Shown here: positions 1-25,860 of the stretch, piece after piece
How positions within the stretch are numbered: position 1 is the stretch's first letter
Layout of the letters: every line of letters starts with the position of its first letter
NCBI GenBank assembly: GCA_964106645.2
Contig: OZ067038.1
Source of the DNA: Podarcis pityusensis
Taxonomy: Eukaryota
Length of the DNA stretch: 64,000 bases
Reading direction: 5' to 3' (one strand)
Program-made: the position numbers and the translations under genes
The notes under the pieces: generated by a model
Told to the model about the DNA's origin: nothing
Database searches by the model: none
Seen by the model: the letters and a program-made list of their open reading frames with translations, nothing else

Positions 1-1075
1 TCACTCCACAGTGCCACACCTGTACATCCCCACAGTGAAGGAAGGCACCTTGTTGAGAGAACGTGCTTTAGCAAGGATTGGGCTAAGCTGGTCCTTCACT
101 CTTCACTCTTCCTATGGGATTGAACAGCAGGGGTCTACACACCCTTGCTGGTTGCATTGGAGTCTTTCAGTAGTACACCAATTGAAAAGTCCTATTAGTG
201 CCAATTTACATTAAGAACAACAGGCCTGTGAGAAGTGAACCAAGACTAAGAACGGGCATTATCAATAAAGTTTTATCTTGAAATTGTATGTCAGTTTGGT
301 CATATCTGAACTAGCAAATACTGAATAGTCCTTAGCTTTTCTACTCTGTCAAGTCCAAGTGGTTTGTTGGATGTTACACTCACCTGTGGCTTATGTTGTA
401 GTTTCATTCCATTCTTCGGTAGTAGAGGAAACGGCAGTGGGCTGCTTACTAGCCAACTATCCCATCTGTGTCTCAAGACCATTGTTGAAGCCAGAATATT
501 TCTAGTAACTGGAATAAGGACTCTTTGAAATAAGTGGTCTGTGAAAGAGGCCATGACCCTAAAAGGAAATTCACAGCCTTTGTTTTTAAGGCAGTGGGTT
601 TCTAAACCCTCCTCCCCCATGTACACTGATGTATTGATTCATACATAGCCAGCATCCTCCCATCTCTTCTTCTCCTGATGTTTGTGCCAGATAAACTCAA
701 CCTCACTCGTACTGCCTCTGCATCCATCCTGAGTTCCCATACCTTTAAGTGAACTGGGCACAATATTGCTTTCACAGATCAACACCCTGTGAATGTTATA
801 TGGATGCATGACTTCTGTTGGTTAGGTGGGTTTCTTTTTTGTTAAGTTTTTCTTTTTCTTTTTTTAAGAAATTGAATAGCCTGGTGCTCATAGTGATTTG
901 CAGTCTCTTTGCTGCCTTCTTTTCTGTAGCCTTCCAGTCCCTTGTGGGTTTGGTACAATTGTGTCTAGATTTTAGTCTATTAAGGTGGGAAGAAAAAGAA
1001 GGGGTCCAGAATAAACGATCAATTTGTATTTATTTAACATTTTACTAAATAAAACTATGAAATCTATTGTCTCTA
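1..1075 (+). other. Probable distal 3' UTR/poly(A) region of the upstream convergent gene (PHF21A by synteny)
   Basis: Non-coding, largely AT-rich and free of recognisable TEs, with AATAAA at 264, 1010 and 1048. Identity is inferred only from the vertebrate gene order PHF21A-LARGE2-PEX16. Confidence 0.5.
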
Positions 1076-4000
1076 GTTGTTTATCATGCAGCTGTGTTCA
1101 TGTGTGCTCACCCCCCTTTGCTTTGTCCACACTGAAGCTGCAAACGAAGAGAAATGCAGCTTCTCCCATCAAAGCTGAAGGTTTAACTGAAAACAGGTAT
1201 GTTGTGCCACACCCTAAAGGTGCAGACACTGCAGGCAGATCAATATTGGCACTTCCAGGATTTGGAAAGGCGGCTGCTTGCCAATCATGGCAGGGGTACT
1301 GCCAGGGAGCTAAGAATACATAATTGAATGAAACTAAGGCTAGCCCAAGGCCTAATTCTGTCTTGTATTTCTAGTGTATGCCCCATATAAATAGAGAACA
1401 CTCAGAGCTGCATTTCAGCTCCCCTCTCCCATCCTTTCAATTCTCCTCACTTGGCCTTTTCCCCTGGGGCCCCATTGCAACAGTTTTCTTCACCATCACA
1501 TGCTTATAGTATAGGCAAGAGTCTTTTGTCCATTTAGTGCTCTGCTATCCTATATTGAGCTCCTTTCTCCCATTTTCAAAATCCTCCAATGCAATGTGGT
1601 CTTTTCCCAGGTGTACTGACCTTATGCTTCCCTCCAGTCCTCCTCATTCTACACTGTTCTTCTGAGCAGTTAGTTTGCAATATCTATGATATCACAGCTG
1701 ATTAGCCACAAAAGCAGGTAGGGGACCTTTACAGCACGCCTGCAAAGCTGAACCTCTCCTATACTTATTATTTCTTGGCCTGTAGAAAAATAAAATATAA
1801 AGTTTTATAATGGTAAAGAGTCTGGGCTTCAGTTTTCCTTCTTTACAGAATTTAAAGCTCCCTGGACCTGCAAGGAGAGTTGGCAATGACCTGAACTTGG
1901 CAAAGTCTACTGCAGTCACTGACAGCTTGGTCCTATAAGGGCTGTAGAGTAAGTCAACTGGGCTTCAACGTCTGGTAATAGCTTCCTGTATGGATTGTGC
2001 CAAGTGGGTGGTAACTAAGTTTTACTCAGAAAGTAGACCTGTTGAAAATGATGACTAATTAACTTGTCTAAGGCTCCCTAACTTCAGTGGATCTACTTCG
2101 AGTAAAAGAAAGTTGGATACCATGCAGAATACTTTCCTGTCCCTGGCAGATTTGTGGGTTGTAGCCAAGAGTTCTCTGAAGGAATTGTTTCTCTAGTTTG
2201 TTCTCTCCCCTGTTCCTCATTTTCATGACTAGTAGAAATGAGGAAAGCATTAATACTATGTGGACATAATAACCAAACAACTCTCACAGCAGCTTGAAAA
2301 GGATTTTCCTCAAAACTTTAATGTTTTTTAAAAAGAAATACTTGTGCCCATGCTGTACAGTGCTCAGTGTGGGACAGTTTCAGCGTTTACATCAGCCTGT
2401 CTAGAGGGATGGAAAACTAATCCCAGCACTTTGGAAGCTCTTGAATTCCAGGAAATCAAAGGAAAAATCAAAGAGTCCAGCAGCAGAAGACCCTAGACAG
2501 ACTCCAGAACCAAAGAGAGAAACTACCAGGAAATCTATGACACCCAAATCATTTACAGCTTGTGAGAAATCGCCTTAAATTATATAAACAGCAAGGAAAG
2601 AGTTTTCCCGTTACATCTCCATCCTTGTGCTCCAGTGTTTGATAATTGTGGACCATGGCTGGGCTGAAGCTGCTCCCAGCACAGACATTCAGCTACAGCA
2701 TTCATTAACAGACCCTACGTCAGTTGCAGATACAGCAAGATGCACATGTGTTCCTTTTTTCAAGAAGTGGAATTAGTCCCTTCGAGCATCAGGTTCACCA
2801 AGCAGCTATCAGGACGGCAGCCTGCATGCAATGACTTGCCTACTTCCATGGTTGCACAGACTTAATCTGTAATCAGCTGTGACACTTAACTGCATCTAGA
2901 CTGAAGACAATCCGATTCCATTATGGACTCCTGCACAAGGCCCAATTGTGCAGTCCTTGGTCCTGATCATACAAACACAGTTTGAGCTAATATTTACTCA
3001 GGAAAGCAGCTGATCAAGGCCATATTCCAGCAGATATAGGAAGGGCAAGACTTGCGTTCCTCCATGGGAGGGGGAAAGTATGTTTGGCAATGATGTGCAA
3101 CATCAAGCTAAACAAGATTTACTGAGTAGTAGCCATGATAAGAGGTTCTATTTAGCTCTGGTGAGATGAACTACACCCGCATTTTAGATGTGGGGGTGGG
3201 GGGCAAATAGGCAAGCAGGGTTTGGGCTTTTTCCAAAATGCCCCGCTTACACATTTTCAAGGATCCTCGCCTGAACCCTGTTGGAAAGAAGTTCGTTTGG
3301 ACTAAAGGGATCTTGGTTTCAGCCATGTACTCACAGCAAAGCATGTGCGCTATATAGCCCCTGGAACAAGGACCTGGTTTTCCTTACACTAGGCTTTTTT
3401 CTAGATAGTAACGTTATCCATGAAGTAAGCACAAGGCAGGTTGGAGAGAAGGTTCCTTATCAACACCCCTGACAGCCACATTTCTTGGTGGTGGTCAATA
3501 GCACCGAAGGCAGAATGTGGGTGAAGCAACAGTTGTGACTCTTCTTCCTTGTGTAGTTGTGTGTGTGTAGGGAAACCCTGTGCTAAAATATTTTCTATTC
3601 CAGTGCAGGGCTTCTCTACAAACACATCATAAAAAGGAAAGGAAAGGCCGCACCCATAGAGATAAGCAGGGTCACATGCAGCCCCTAGACCTCAGGTTCC
3701 CCACTTTAAACTCTTTCAGAATAGGTCCCACATCATCCTTTTCCCACCAGTAAAGCCCTGATCCATGACCAACAGGAAGGCTATGCAGATTTGTAAAAGG
3801 CAGGGTACAGGCAACTCCTGTTTTGCATGGGTTCAAAGAACGTGCAACTGTGCACACATACACTGGTTTTGGACCTGCAAGATGGTGTGACAGGGCGGGG
3901 TGGGCTTTTGCATGCTCCACCGACATGCACAGTACCTTGAAACACAACCCATGCACAAATTGGGTTGCCTGTATATGCATACAGTCCCTCTTGCCACATG

Positions 4001-4672
4001 TATAGGAATAGCTCACATAAGATTTTCTAGATGCTCACTTTATATGATTTAGTCATAATTGACTAATTGGTTTTGGCTTGGAGGGGACAACTGAAAGAGC
4101 TGGAAATAGGATGGGGCTACTACACTGATAGAGGGACACAACACATTAGTAGAAGTCTCAATTTCCACAACCAGTCTACGTTTCTACCACAGGAAACAGG
4201 TGACTGTTTAAGGCATCAGGCTCATGGGGTGGGAAAGGCCCACCTTCAAAACAGCAACAGAGGAAGTTGCCTTAGAGTCAGGCCACTGGTCTGTCCTCAT
4301 TACCGTCTACACCAACAGGAAGTGGCTCTCCAGGATGTCACCTCAGGAGCACACCTTCCCTCCTCTTCATTCCCATGCTTCCCCCCTCAATTTGGAAACA
4401 GATGTACACAAATGTATGTAACTTGCCTGATTTAGATTGGGAGCATTGTTTTGATTGGCTCCATAGCCATGAATGATATACCACCTGCCCCAACCCAACC
4501 GGCTGCAATTGTACCCACAACTTAGACAAAGTGTGTAGCACCCGGCTACCATTGGGAGGGTGGCTCTGCCGTAGGTCTGAACTGCTCCAGGACATGAGCG
4601 TGGTCTGCTGTCCCTCCTCTGCAGGGCATGAGTTGCCTTGCACGGACTGTCCTTTGGTGTGCGTCTTGCCAT

Positions 4673-16183
<11,511 letters not shown>

Positions 16184-17035
16184 GATGGTGGCAAAGGTCA
16201 TGTGGGCAGGCCTAGCCGCACCGGAGCCAGCATCCTACACCCTGCAAGAGAAGAACAAAAGAGTGAACCAAAAATGTTAACCGGCGGAATTGATCCTCAA
16301 AATGGAAACGGAGGACTTTGCTAGACTTGGCTTTCCAGAACCAGCAACAGCAGCAGCAAGCAGCTGAAACATTTGCCCCCAACTTTGGGTAAAATGGGCT
16401 TTGTTCTGATGTGAGTCCACAGCCTATGCATTTTGCACCAGCAAAGTCTCCTGATTTGAGGTCAACAGCCACATCCTCCTCTCCCATGAAGCCTCCCCAG
16501 TAGTGGGGGCCTCATTCATTCTCCAAAATGGCCAAGGGTGTCTTGAAACATGCTGGAACTGCAAAAGGTGTCACCAGGACTTCTAATAGCATTCGTGGGC
16601 ACTGACAGCAAGCTGACGATCACATCTGAGGAAGCCAGGGAGTCCTCTCCGAGTCCCACCAGCCAGGATTTGGAAAAGCAAAAAGGATCCTACTCTTTCA
16701 ACTCCCTTGGCTTAGCAGTAGATAATTTCCCAGTAGAAACTTGCCAAACAAAACTCCTTGAACTCTCAGCTGTGTGCTTCTTTCACCCTAATCAGCACCT
16801 GAGTCATCCAAGCTGAACCCAGTTCTAGAGATGCACGGCAAAGGGTAACATGAAGGTCCCTTGTTTTAACATATATTGCTGAAAATGATGCACACAGAGA
16901 AGACTTAACCCCCATAGAGGAGATGTGCCATGCACATCTTCAAGAAAAGCCCCTGATATCAAGAGGTTCTCCAGACTCACAGCCCTTGCCACTTAACCCA
17001 GCACTCCTTTATTCAGCAGAGGCAATTCATTAATA

Positions 17036-17237
17036 CAGTGGTACCTCGGGTTACATATGCTTGAGGTTACACACTCCGCTAACTGAGAAATGGTGCTTCA
17101 GGTTAAGAAATCATGCTCCAGCGGCGCGGCGGCAGCAGGAGGCCCCATTAGCTAAAGTGGTGCTTCAGGTTAAGAACAGTTTCAGGTTAAGAACAGACCT
17201 CCGGAACGAATTAAGTACTTAACCCGAGGTACCACTG
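17036..17237. mobile_element. Tc1/mariner (pogo/Tigger-like) MITE, family A
   Basis: TIR CAGTGGTACCTCGGGTT...AACCCGAGGTACCACTG; TA target duplication. Confidence 0.88.
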
Positions 17238-17769
17238 TACTTTCTTCCCAAGAGAAACTTGCAGCCCAGAGTATGAACAGCAGCCAGTACAGGTCATTGG
17301 AAACAGTGTTTGGTTTGGAGATAAGGTAGATGTCCTTGCTCAGCCATGAAGCTCACTGAGTGGCCTCTCGTAAAACATTATCTCTCAAACTACCTCAATT
17401 CACGGAATTTTTCTGGGGACAAGAATTCCAAAGCACTTTATTATGCTGAAAAGGGCTACAGAAGCGATAAAATTAATACCTACATTTCTGTTTAACAGCT
17501 TGACCAGAGCACTCTTGCGCTACTAAACCCTGGTCTGATGAAAGACAGATTTGTCAGTGTGTGCATGGCTCAAACCCTGTTTTCAAAGTTAGGGCCCGGC
17601 TCTGCAGTGAATTAAAATAAAATAAAATTTCTGCAAAAACGCATAGAACAATTTCCTCAGAGTTACAAACAGAGAGCAGGGCAGGAAGATTAGGAGCTGG
17701 GACTTTCCAGATAAGAAGATATAAATTGATGTTCAAAGCAAAGACAGAAAACTGAGAAATGACTACTCT

Positions 17770-17951
17770 TATGCAAGAAAGGAGATTCCGACTAAACATA
17801 AGGAAGAACTTTCTGATGGGAAGAGCTGTTCGACAATGGAACGGACTTCCTCAGAAGGTGGTAGACTCTCCTTCCTCTGAGGTATCTATGCAGAGGTCAG
17901 ATAGCTATCTGATCCTCAGGGTCGCTTCCAACTCTACAATCCTATGATTCT
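17770..17951 (+). mobile_element. CR1 LINE 3' end (ORF2 C-terminus plus tail)
   Basis: Translates to QERRFRLNIRKNFL...RAVRQWNGLP..VVDSPS; ends TCCAACTCTACAATCCTATGATTCT. Confidence 0.85.
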
Positions 17952-19184
17952 GTGCAACGGGCTTCTCTCATGTCATCAGACTTTGGGCACCTCCTGGGGG
18001 TCAGGGGTCAGATGCATATTTTCCATTCACAAGCTCTCTGCAGTACAAAACAGGCAAGATAGACACTCCAGCTTGTGGTGGTCATTTGCTTGGCAACAGG
18101 ACTGACTGGGCAGGCACAAAGCTGTGCAACCTACATGGGTGACTCTGAACAATGAGCTTAACAGTGTACCAGAGAATAGGCACTTCTCTTTCCCCTGGAT
18201 ACCTTCCATGGTCCCAAAGTTTTACTCTGCAGCATCAAAATGAGAGCACAGAAGAATGGCAATGTGGAGATGCTATCGGAACTGTGATGCAAACCAAGAG
18301 AAAGGAACTCAAAATCAAGAGTGCAAAGAAGCTACTCTGTGCCTTTCTGCCTGAATTAGTAGCAGAGAGAAAGGCAACAGTGGCAGTGCATAAATGGCTG
18401 GACCACCACAAACCAACAAGCAAAATCTCCAGGTTGCTTATGCTTCAGGTGCGCCCTAGTGTGCAGTCCTGCAGTCTTCACTGTGCCCCAGGTTGGTTGT
18501 ACTTCAAATGGGTGCTGATGCATAACTGAGCTGCTGACATCTGAACCTCACGGCTGACACAGAACTTGGTGTTCTGGCGGCAGGAGTGATATCAGTGTTG
18601 AGTCAGAGTGCACTGTGCTGTTCCCAGTTTGAGAGCGCTCCTGCCACTTCCTGCCACCTTGGTGCTTCAGACAATGCGCGTGCGCGCGCGCACACACACA
18701 CAGAGCCTTTGATGCTGGCAATGCAATTGCAAATGTTCCAGAATCAGCAGCTCCCTTCAGTGATGTGAGGCAAGCTGTGTGTATACCTCGGCTGTTCTAT
18801 TTGGCAGTCTGCAGAGTCAGCTATATGGAAGCCACATTTAAGCTTATTTCCAATAACTACCACATTCAAGTTTTCTAAAACAAACACAACAGGTATTAAA
18901 ATCCAACAGAATAAAGGGAATGTCAGACAAGATGGGGAAAGGCAAGAGGAAATGATTGAAGGAGGGGGGACACACAAAGCAAGCAGGGCCTTTTAGCTTC
19001 AAAGCTAAGTTTCATCTCTGCCATGTGATTTTATACTGACTTCGCTTATTTTTGTTGCTAATATGTATATGCTGTTATTTTATGAATTTTAGCTGGGGGT
19101 TTTTTAAATTCCTTGACCATGTAAGCCATACTGAAAAGCAGCAGGATGTAAATATCTAAATAAATAATATTTTAATGGAAGAGG

Positions 19185-19315
19185 AAAAACAGGTAACCTG
19201 TGGCCCTCCAGATGATGTTCAATTCCCATTAGTCCCAGCTCGAATGGCCACTAGTAAGAGATGATGGGGAGCTATAGTCCAGCAACAACTGAAGGAACAG
19301 GGTTAGCTACCCTTG
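19185..19315. mobile_element. Palindromic hAT-like MITE (degraded)
   Basis: AACCTGTGGCCCTCCAGATG...GATGATGGGGAGCTATAGTCCAGCAAC. Confidence 0.55.
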
Positions 19316-19769
19316 CATTAAGGAATGGGAGACAGACAATTTAAACCCAAGAGGCACAATTAATTCTCTCCTGCATAAGCCTCACTGAAATGAGCACCAT
19401 ATCAATGGAGAGCGTGAAAGAAAACATCCTGGCTGCTGGTTCCCCATCTTTACCCATGGAATTTGGGCCTTTGGCCCCCAGGCACCAACATGTCTTAGGG
19501 AAGTCCTGATCTGATATAGTCCCTAGCAAAGCTGTCTTGCAGATCTCACATTAAGTGGGCCCATCAGTAAAAACCATCAGACGATGAACAGATGCTGCAG
19601 ACTTGGGCTGCACCTTTTAATTGACAGAGCATCGGAAAAATTTAGCTGGCCAACGGAGACCAATTTTAAATCTATGAACATTTTAAACCAAGTGGGACTG
19701 TGAGTTAATGGAATAGCACTTTGGGGCAATGTTGGTGTGCCATTCATTTGGCTAATGTGTAACTAGCTT

Positions 19770-19772
<3 letters not shown>

Positions 19773-19800
<28 letters not shown>

Positions 19801-19811
19801 CCACACACACA
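19773..19811 (+). repeat. (CA)n microsatellite
   Basis: Read directly from the sequence. Confidence 0.9.
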
Positions 19812-22800
19812 CCTTACACTTCACTATCTCATTAATAAACCTAGATTTGGCTTTGGGTAATACACCTATTTATTTAATTTATATTTAATTTCTTACATTT
19901 ATACCTCACTCTTCTTCTATTATGGAACCCAAGGCAGCATACATGCAGTCTGGCAGGAGGGACCCATCCAGGCACTGAGCAGAATCAGGCTTGTTTAGCT
20001 TCAGCAAGGTTGTGGGCTCATATGCCTTCAGACCATACCTTGGGTCAACTGACAGCTGATCAATCAACTAATAATTCTTTTAATTTGGTGAACAACCCAA
20101 CCGTGAGGAAAGCCCCTGGATTTAAATGGGGAAATGCTGTGGAATTAGTAGTTTCCAGTCATCAGAAAATGGGTACATGTACAGAGCTGTCAGAAATCTC
20201 CAAAAAGAACGGTAACATAGAAATTCCATTATCTAGACTTGGAGGCATCTTTCCCCATGCCCATAAGTGGCTGAATCCAGTCTCTTTCTCCAGTGACTGG
20301 CAAGCATTAAAGGGAAGCAAGAGTTTCTCGTGTGATTTTTTTCCAGCTTAGCATCCTGCTGTTCACAAAGCTAATCCTTAAGCCCTCCAGTCTCCAATGC
20401 GCCTGCTGCATTCCTCAGAGACCCATGAGGCAATTACCAACCAGACAGAGGCTCCATTTAGGTTGAAGGGTCACTGGGTAAACCAAGTGGAAAACGCATT
20501 CATGACTGTTCCCTGATCTTCCTCATTTCCCTGCTCACCGGAGTGCAAAGGGATCAACATCTGTACCTTCCCATTAACACCGTGCGTCTAAAACAAACAA
20601 ACAAAAAACCCTAGCCCAGACAGTCTCTCATGGGTTCCATGTCTTACTTGCATATATGTAAAATGCAAGAAGACCAGACAGCCTTTGCCATTTGCCTGTT
20701 ATGGAAGAGAGTGAGACAACACAGGCAAGAAGGCACAAACTAGTTATTTATTCATTTATTTTGCAAAGGAACAGGGAAAGCAACTGCTATAATCAGTGCA
20801 TTAAGGGGAGGAGAAGACATTGCTGTGTGTTTGCCTCCTTAAAACTTTTACAGAACCAACTCCAAGCACCACAGATCTGTTACCCAGCATTGTTTCAAAG
20901 GGTGGGTGGGGGAGCCCAGATTTTGTTGTAAAGAACATAAGCCTTGGGGTGATATGTGGAGAGAAGAAGAGAGTGTGCGTGGGTGGAGTCTACCATATTC
21001 ACAAACAACGATTCCCACAGCCTAACATGCTGTTGTGGTGCATATTCTTTGAGGGCCCCTATTTGAACAGAACTGTAGGGTTTATTTCCTATTATACAAG
21101 ATGTGCAACTGGGTTTGTGGACCAGGTTATGATTTCCTAGCACTTCAGTCCCCCTCCCCCCAGGGTAGAGTTATAAGCCACACCACCCAAGCCGCATAGC
21201 CCTCATTAGCAGCAGCCTCTAGGAACAAGGTGGCCATATCAAAGGCAGCCGCATTCATACTGTGATCTGGAAAAGCCTGTGCTTCCTTGAAAAGGGCTCC
21301 TCGGCAAAAAGATCAGGAAAGAAAGACAGGATTTCCCATCACAGACAATCTTGTGCTGTAACGTACATCTGTAGTGATGTGAAAGCCCTGAATATAGGAA
21401 GCTTACAAACCACCATTCTAAGGTTAAGTTTAAAACCCAGTCACTCCCATCTTGCCCTGCATTCTCCCTGTTTTGTTGCTCTTTTTAATTTTATTACGTT
21501 TATATCCCACCTTTCTTCCGTCCAGGCACTGCCCAGAGCCAGACCTCTTTAGCTTCAGCCAAGTGGTGGTCTCATACGGTGCCTTGGGGCCATATCCTGG
21601 GGACTATGTGACTTCCATGGCAAGGACTTTGGAGACAGGAACCCAGCTCCTAAGCTTTATTGTACAAGACTGTTACCTGTCCCCAACTCTTGGGACGGGG
21701 CTGACTTCAGTTCCAAAGTTCTAAAAGAGGTTTTTAGAAAAATAAAAGAGCAGTTAATTATAAAGCGGGTGACTCTTGGTGGGGAAGGGTGTCTCTCTTG
21801 GAAAAAAGGGTTTTGCCTTTTATAAAATAACAGTTGAGATTCTGCCTGCAAGTGAGCTTTCCAGTGGTATTTGACTGTGTAAACACATCCACATACTATC
21901 AGCGATAACTATGCTAAAGCAAGGGGAGTTATGCTACAAGCTAAAGGAATGCAACGTGTGTGAATAACTCCCAATTTTTTTCAGGCTGCAAACTCCAAGG
22001 GATCAGGTTGAACTTTTGCAGCCTCATTAGTTTGCCCAGTAAGCTGTGGATTCCAAGGCAAATGAGAAGAGCTTCCCACATCTCTACTTCACGCTACAAA
22101 GCTTAATCTCTCACTGCCGAGAGAAGCATATTGTTAGTGTTTAGGTATCCAAAATGCCAGATTCCCAGGATGTGTATGGACATGTTGGCGAGGCCCCTCT
22201 GTCAGGTTCTAATCCCGTAACTTTGTTCCAAGAGAAAGGCAATGCCCCATAGCTTGATCATTGCCCCACAACCTAACATCCTAGATAAGAACAGCGAAAA
22301 GCATTCACATATTGCCTTTCCACCCCCATCTCTTGCAAAAGGGCTGCCTTGCTCAAGAAGCCTATTAGTGTGCACATCAGATGAACATTACTGGTGCATG
22401 CATCCACTCACTTTGCTGAACACAGTGCAGATTCATGTTCTTTTTATTTATAACACATGTCCACAAAAGGAAGGCAAACGGTCACGTAAACATTTAGGAA
22501 AAGGAGTTGCAAAAAGGCCATAAAGCCACTTGTGTGCTAATATTAATTATTCATATGGCTCCTGGGCATGCCTGAGATTTGCATTAACAACAGCTGGAGG
22601 TTGTGCAGGAACCTTTCTTTAGTCATAGGACTAAAAAAAAAAGGCCTGGATTACTAGCCAGTCATCCATTCAGAGCCCTTGTGCCTATTGATGCACAGAA
22701 CTTCTGATGAGTCTTTAGAGTTGGAGGAGGGAAGAGAAGGTGTGTAAGGTCTGTAGGCAAAGGAACTGCTCTCCATACCCTTTGTAAGGATTGCTCAATG

Positions 22801-24349
22801 AAAGGGACATGCAGCAGTGCTGTTCAAACAAATAATGAAGCCCATCACACAGCAGGGGATTGATTCACTGTGACACAACTGCAACCCCTTCCTATGGTGG
22901 ACCCCTGCAGTGCCCAGATGCAGAGGCCCCAAATCCTCACACATTCTAGAAACAAGACAAGCAACTTTGAGGAGCCTTTTAAGTGAGGCTGCCTGGATAT
23001 AGGTCAGGTGCACTGAGCTGGGGTAGAAGCTCTAGAAAGCAGCAAGTGCCAGCATGACACCCAGTTTCATAATCCCTTCTCCTAATGACATCATCATTGC
23101 TGGAGGGCACACCAACTGCTGAAACCCTGCTTTCTTGATCTTTCCAATAAAACCACTGTGCCAGCTAGATGCAATAGAAATATCTGTGTCAGGAGAAGAC
23201 TCACGGGTTGTGCACCCTTCACCATGTCTATGCAGATCTCGGCCTAGAGGAAGGGGGATGAAAGAAAGCGATAGTTTGGGGGAAGGATATAAGGTACAAG
23301 GAAAATAAGAGAAGAAATTACAGAAGATAGGTAATATATATATTCACTGGAGAGGCATGTAGAGGAAAGGAAAACAAAAGTAAAAGCTTTCATCAGCAAA
23401 TGGGGAGGACATTACAATACTTCCAGAACCAATGTTTGTACTTAGCTTGAGAAAAGTGAAGTGATGGGACACCTCTGCCACAAGGTAAAAGCTCAAGCAA
23501 AGAACTTCCAAATATGGCTTAGATCTCAGTAGAAAAATATGCCAGTAATTGCCAGCGGATTAAGCCAAACTCTGCCTCCACCTGGCACCATGACTGGTTC
23601 TGCCCACCCTCCCTGCACCACCATTTTGTAGCAGGTGGGCCTCAGTAATTTTCAGCCGTCTCAAGTGGGCTTTAGAGTTGGAAAGTTTGAGGACTGACCT
23701 CTGTTCTAGGAGACGCTGCCTTACACCAAACGGCTACAGGATCATACAAAACTGGCTAATTATGAAGACGACTGGAGGATATTCCTAATTCTTAGGAAAG
23801 GCTATAGTAGATCAGTAGCAGATCACACACTTTGTATGTAACCCCTTCCCTGTCCATTCAATCATTTGAACCACCAGCTCAGGTTGATACAGCGCAGAGG
23901 CAGCGCCGATTAATATGGGCACCCCTGAACAGAGGCACCAATGGCCAGTCTTCCATGAACCACCCTTCGCTGTTATGCACACACGTCCCAATATCAAGTT
24001 TTATTTATTAAAAGCACCGTTACCTAGCTATTGAGTGGAAACAGCGCCTTAGATGTTACCAATAACAAGGCAACCCCTGCCCGTTCTAATCTAAAAGATG
24101 TGACACAATGGGGGGGGGGTTGAGGTTGGGAAGAGGCAAGCAACGTCTGGCAGCAGCGAAGTTACAAAGTTCTTCCGATCAGCTTGAATAAGAAAGGGAG
24201 GGAAAGGAGGCGCCAGACAGCTGGTCTCTTTGAGGTAACCAAACATTAAGAGGTTCCCAGGAGGTGTACAGCCCTGCTGGTGGGTCCCTTTTTTGTTCAG
24301 TCCTGTTCGAAACCCGCCACACACGCACACGCACTCATTCACAAAAGGG

Positions 24350-25600
24350 GTTTAGGAAAAGAGCGAAGACCTAACCTGCGCCGCCCACCTTCCGCCGCGG
24401 CTTGTGAGTGAGCGGGTCGCCAGAACCGCGCGGGCGCGACGTGCCCTTCACGGGCCAGTAAACTGAGCTGCTGGGAAAGAGGAACAAGTGAGCTATCGGG
24501 GGAACGAATGCCGCTGCTGGGGCGGCTTCATGCTAGAGAGATTAAGGGAGTTTCAAGGGTCCTGGAAACCAGCTCAATAAAGAGCGCACTTTCACTGGAT
24601 GCTGGGATGCGCCCCGGGGCAATGCCTTCCGCAACCCTGATTACGCGCGAGATAACAAGCAAGGACGCAGCGCGATCTCTCGCCGACGGGGAAGCTGGTG
24701 GGAGGCGCCACCGGTGTTGCTTCACAGGGACCTCCGAGTCTCTGCATCTGCCCCGACGGTCCTCTCCCCTCCTCCACATTCCTTCCCACCTGCTGCAGGC
24801 GCTCCCAGCAAGCCCAGGTGTCCTTACCTGGCTCTTGTCCTCCGTCCGCCGCCTCCCCCCGGCCCTGAGCTTTACGCGCAGCCCACAGACAGCAGCGCCC
24901 TTTTCTACGCTTCCTCTGCCCTCTTTTCCTTGCTTGCACACGCCTCCCTTTGGGATCAGTCACTTTCCTCTCCCCTCTTTTGTTAATTCCCGGAGCCGGG
25001 GCCTCCCCTCCCCGCCCCGGAAGGCGAAGAACAAAAGGAAAGCCCACAAAAGAAAAAGAAAAAAGGTTACATTAACTTTCTGCTCAGCCATCGCAAAGTC
25101 GCCCAGGGCAAAGGGGAAGCCGCCTGCTCCGCCTCCCCTCGCCCCCCCCTACCTTGACTCAGCCGAGCTGCCCCTTCCTCCCCTCCGGTAAGTTGAGGCA
25201 AGAAAAAACTCGCATCGCCACCGGAGGGCTCGAGAAAAGCGCCGCCACTGCTAGAAGTGCCAAAAATAAAGTAAACACAGAGGGTCACCGCTGCCCACGT
25301 GAGAAGCGGCGCGGCGTCCCGGGAGCTCCGAGAAAAGAGCCTCGGCTGGGAGGAGGAGGAGGAGGAGGAGGCGAGCGAAAGTGGCGGCAATTAACTCCGC
25401 AGGCGCCGGGGCTGACCCCAACTCAGGACGCCGGGCAGCAGCAGCAGCAGCAGGGTCGAACCCGGATGTGGGAATCCTGCTGCTTGCGGGGGGAGGGGTG
25501 GGAAGCCCCCGGGACCTGAATCCGACAGTCAGCCGAGCCTGACCTGAAAACCCAACTCTCGGGTTAGTTCGTCCTATAAAGAATTAACACGGCGGGTCCC
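24350..25600 (-). promoter_or_regulatory. LARGE2: CpG island; probable LARGE2 promoter with a non-coding first exon (~25153-25400)
   Basis: Dense CpG/GC content. Minus-strand donors AAG|GTAGGG at 25152 and CAG|GTAAGG at 24827. The ATG-bearing exon starts at an acceptor, so an upstream exon must exist. Confidence 0.7.
25349..25452 (+). repeat. (GGA)n and (CAG)n trinucleotide tracts in the LARGE2 CpG island
   Basis: (GGA)7 at ~25349-25371 and (CAG)6 at ~25436-25453. Confidence 0.85.
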
Positions 25601-25814
25601 TGCCCTAGAATGACATGCTCGCTGCACTGCTTGAATGGCACCTGCTCATGCCCATCTAGTTTCCTCTTACTGTTTTTATAACACGCACTCGTGCATGTTT
25701 ACACAGAGATAAGTCCCGCTGCATTCAATGGGGCTTACTTCCCTGTATTTACTAGGAAAAAATCTCACTGGGATCAAGCCTTTATTGTTGTTTTGTAACC
25801 CAGACCCTTGTTTT

Positions 25815-25860
25815 GTCGTGTCCTACTCTTCGTGACCCCATGGACCAGAGCACGCCAGGC
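25815..25860 (-). mobile_element. RTE-BovB 3' terminal fragment
   Basis: Reverse complement CCTGGCGTGCTCTGGTCCATGGGGTCACGAAGAGTAGGACACGAC matches the BovB tail. Confidence 0.7.
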
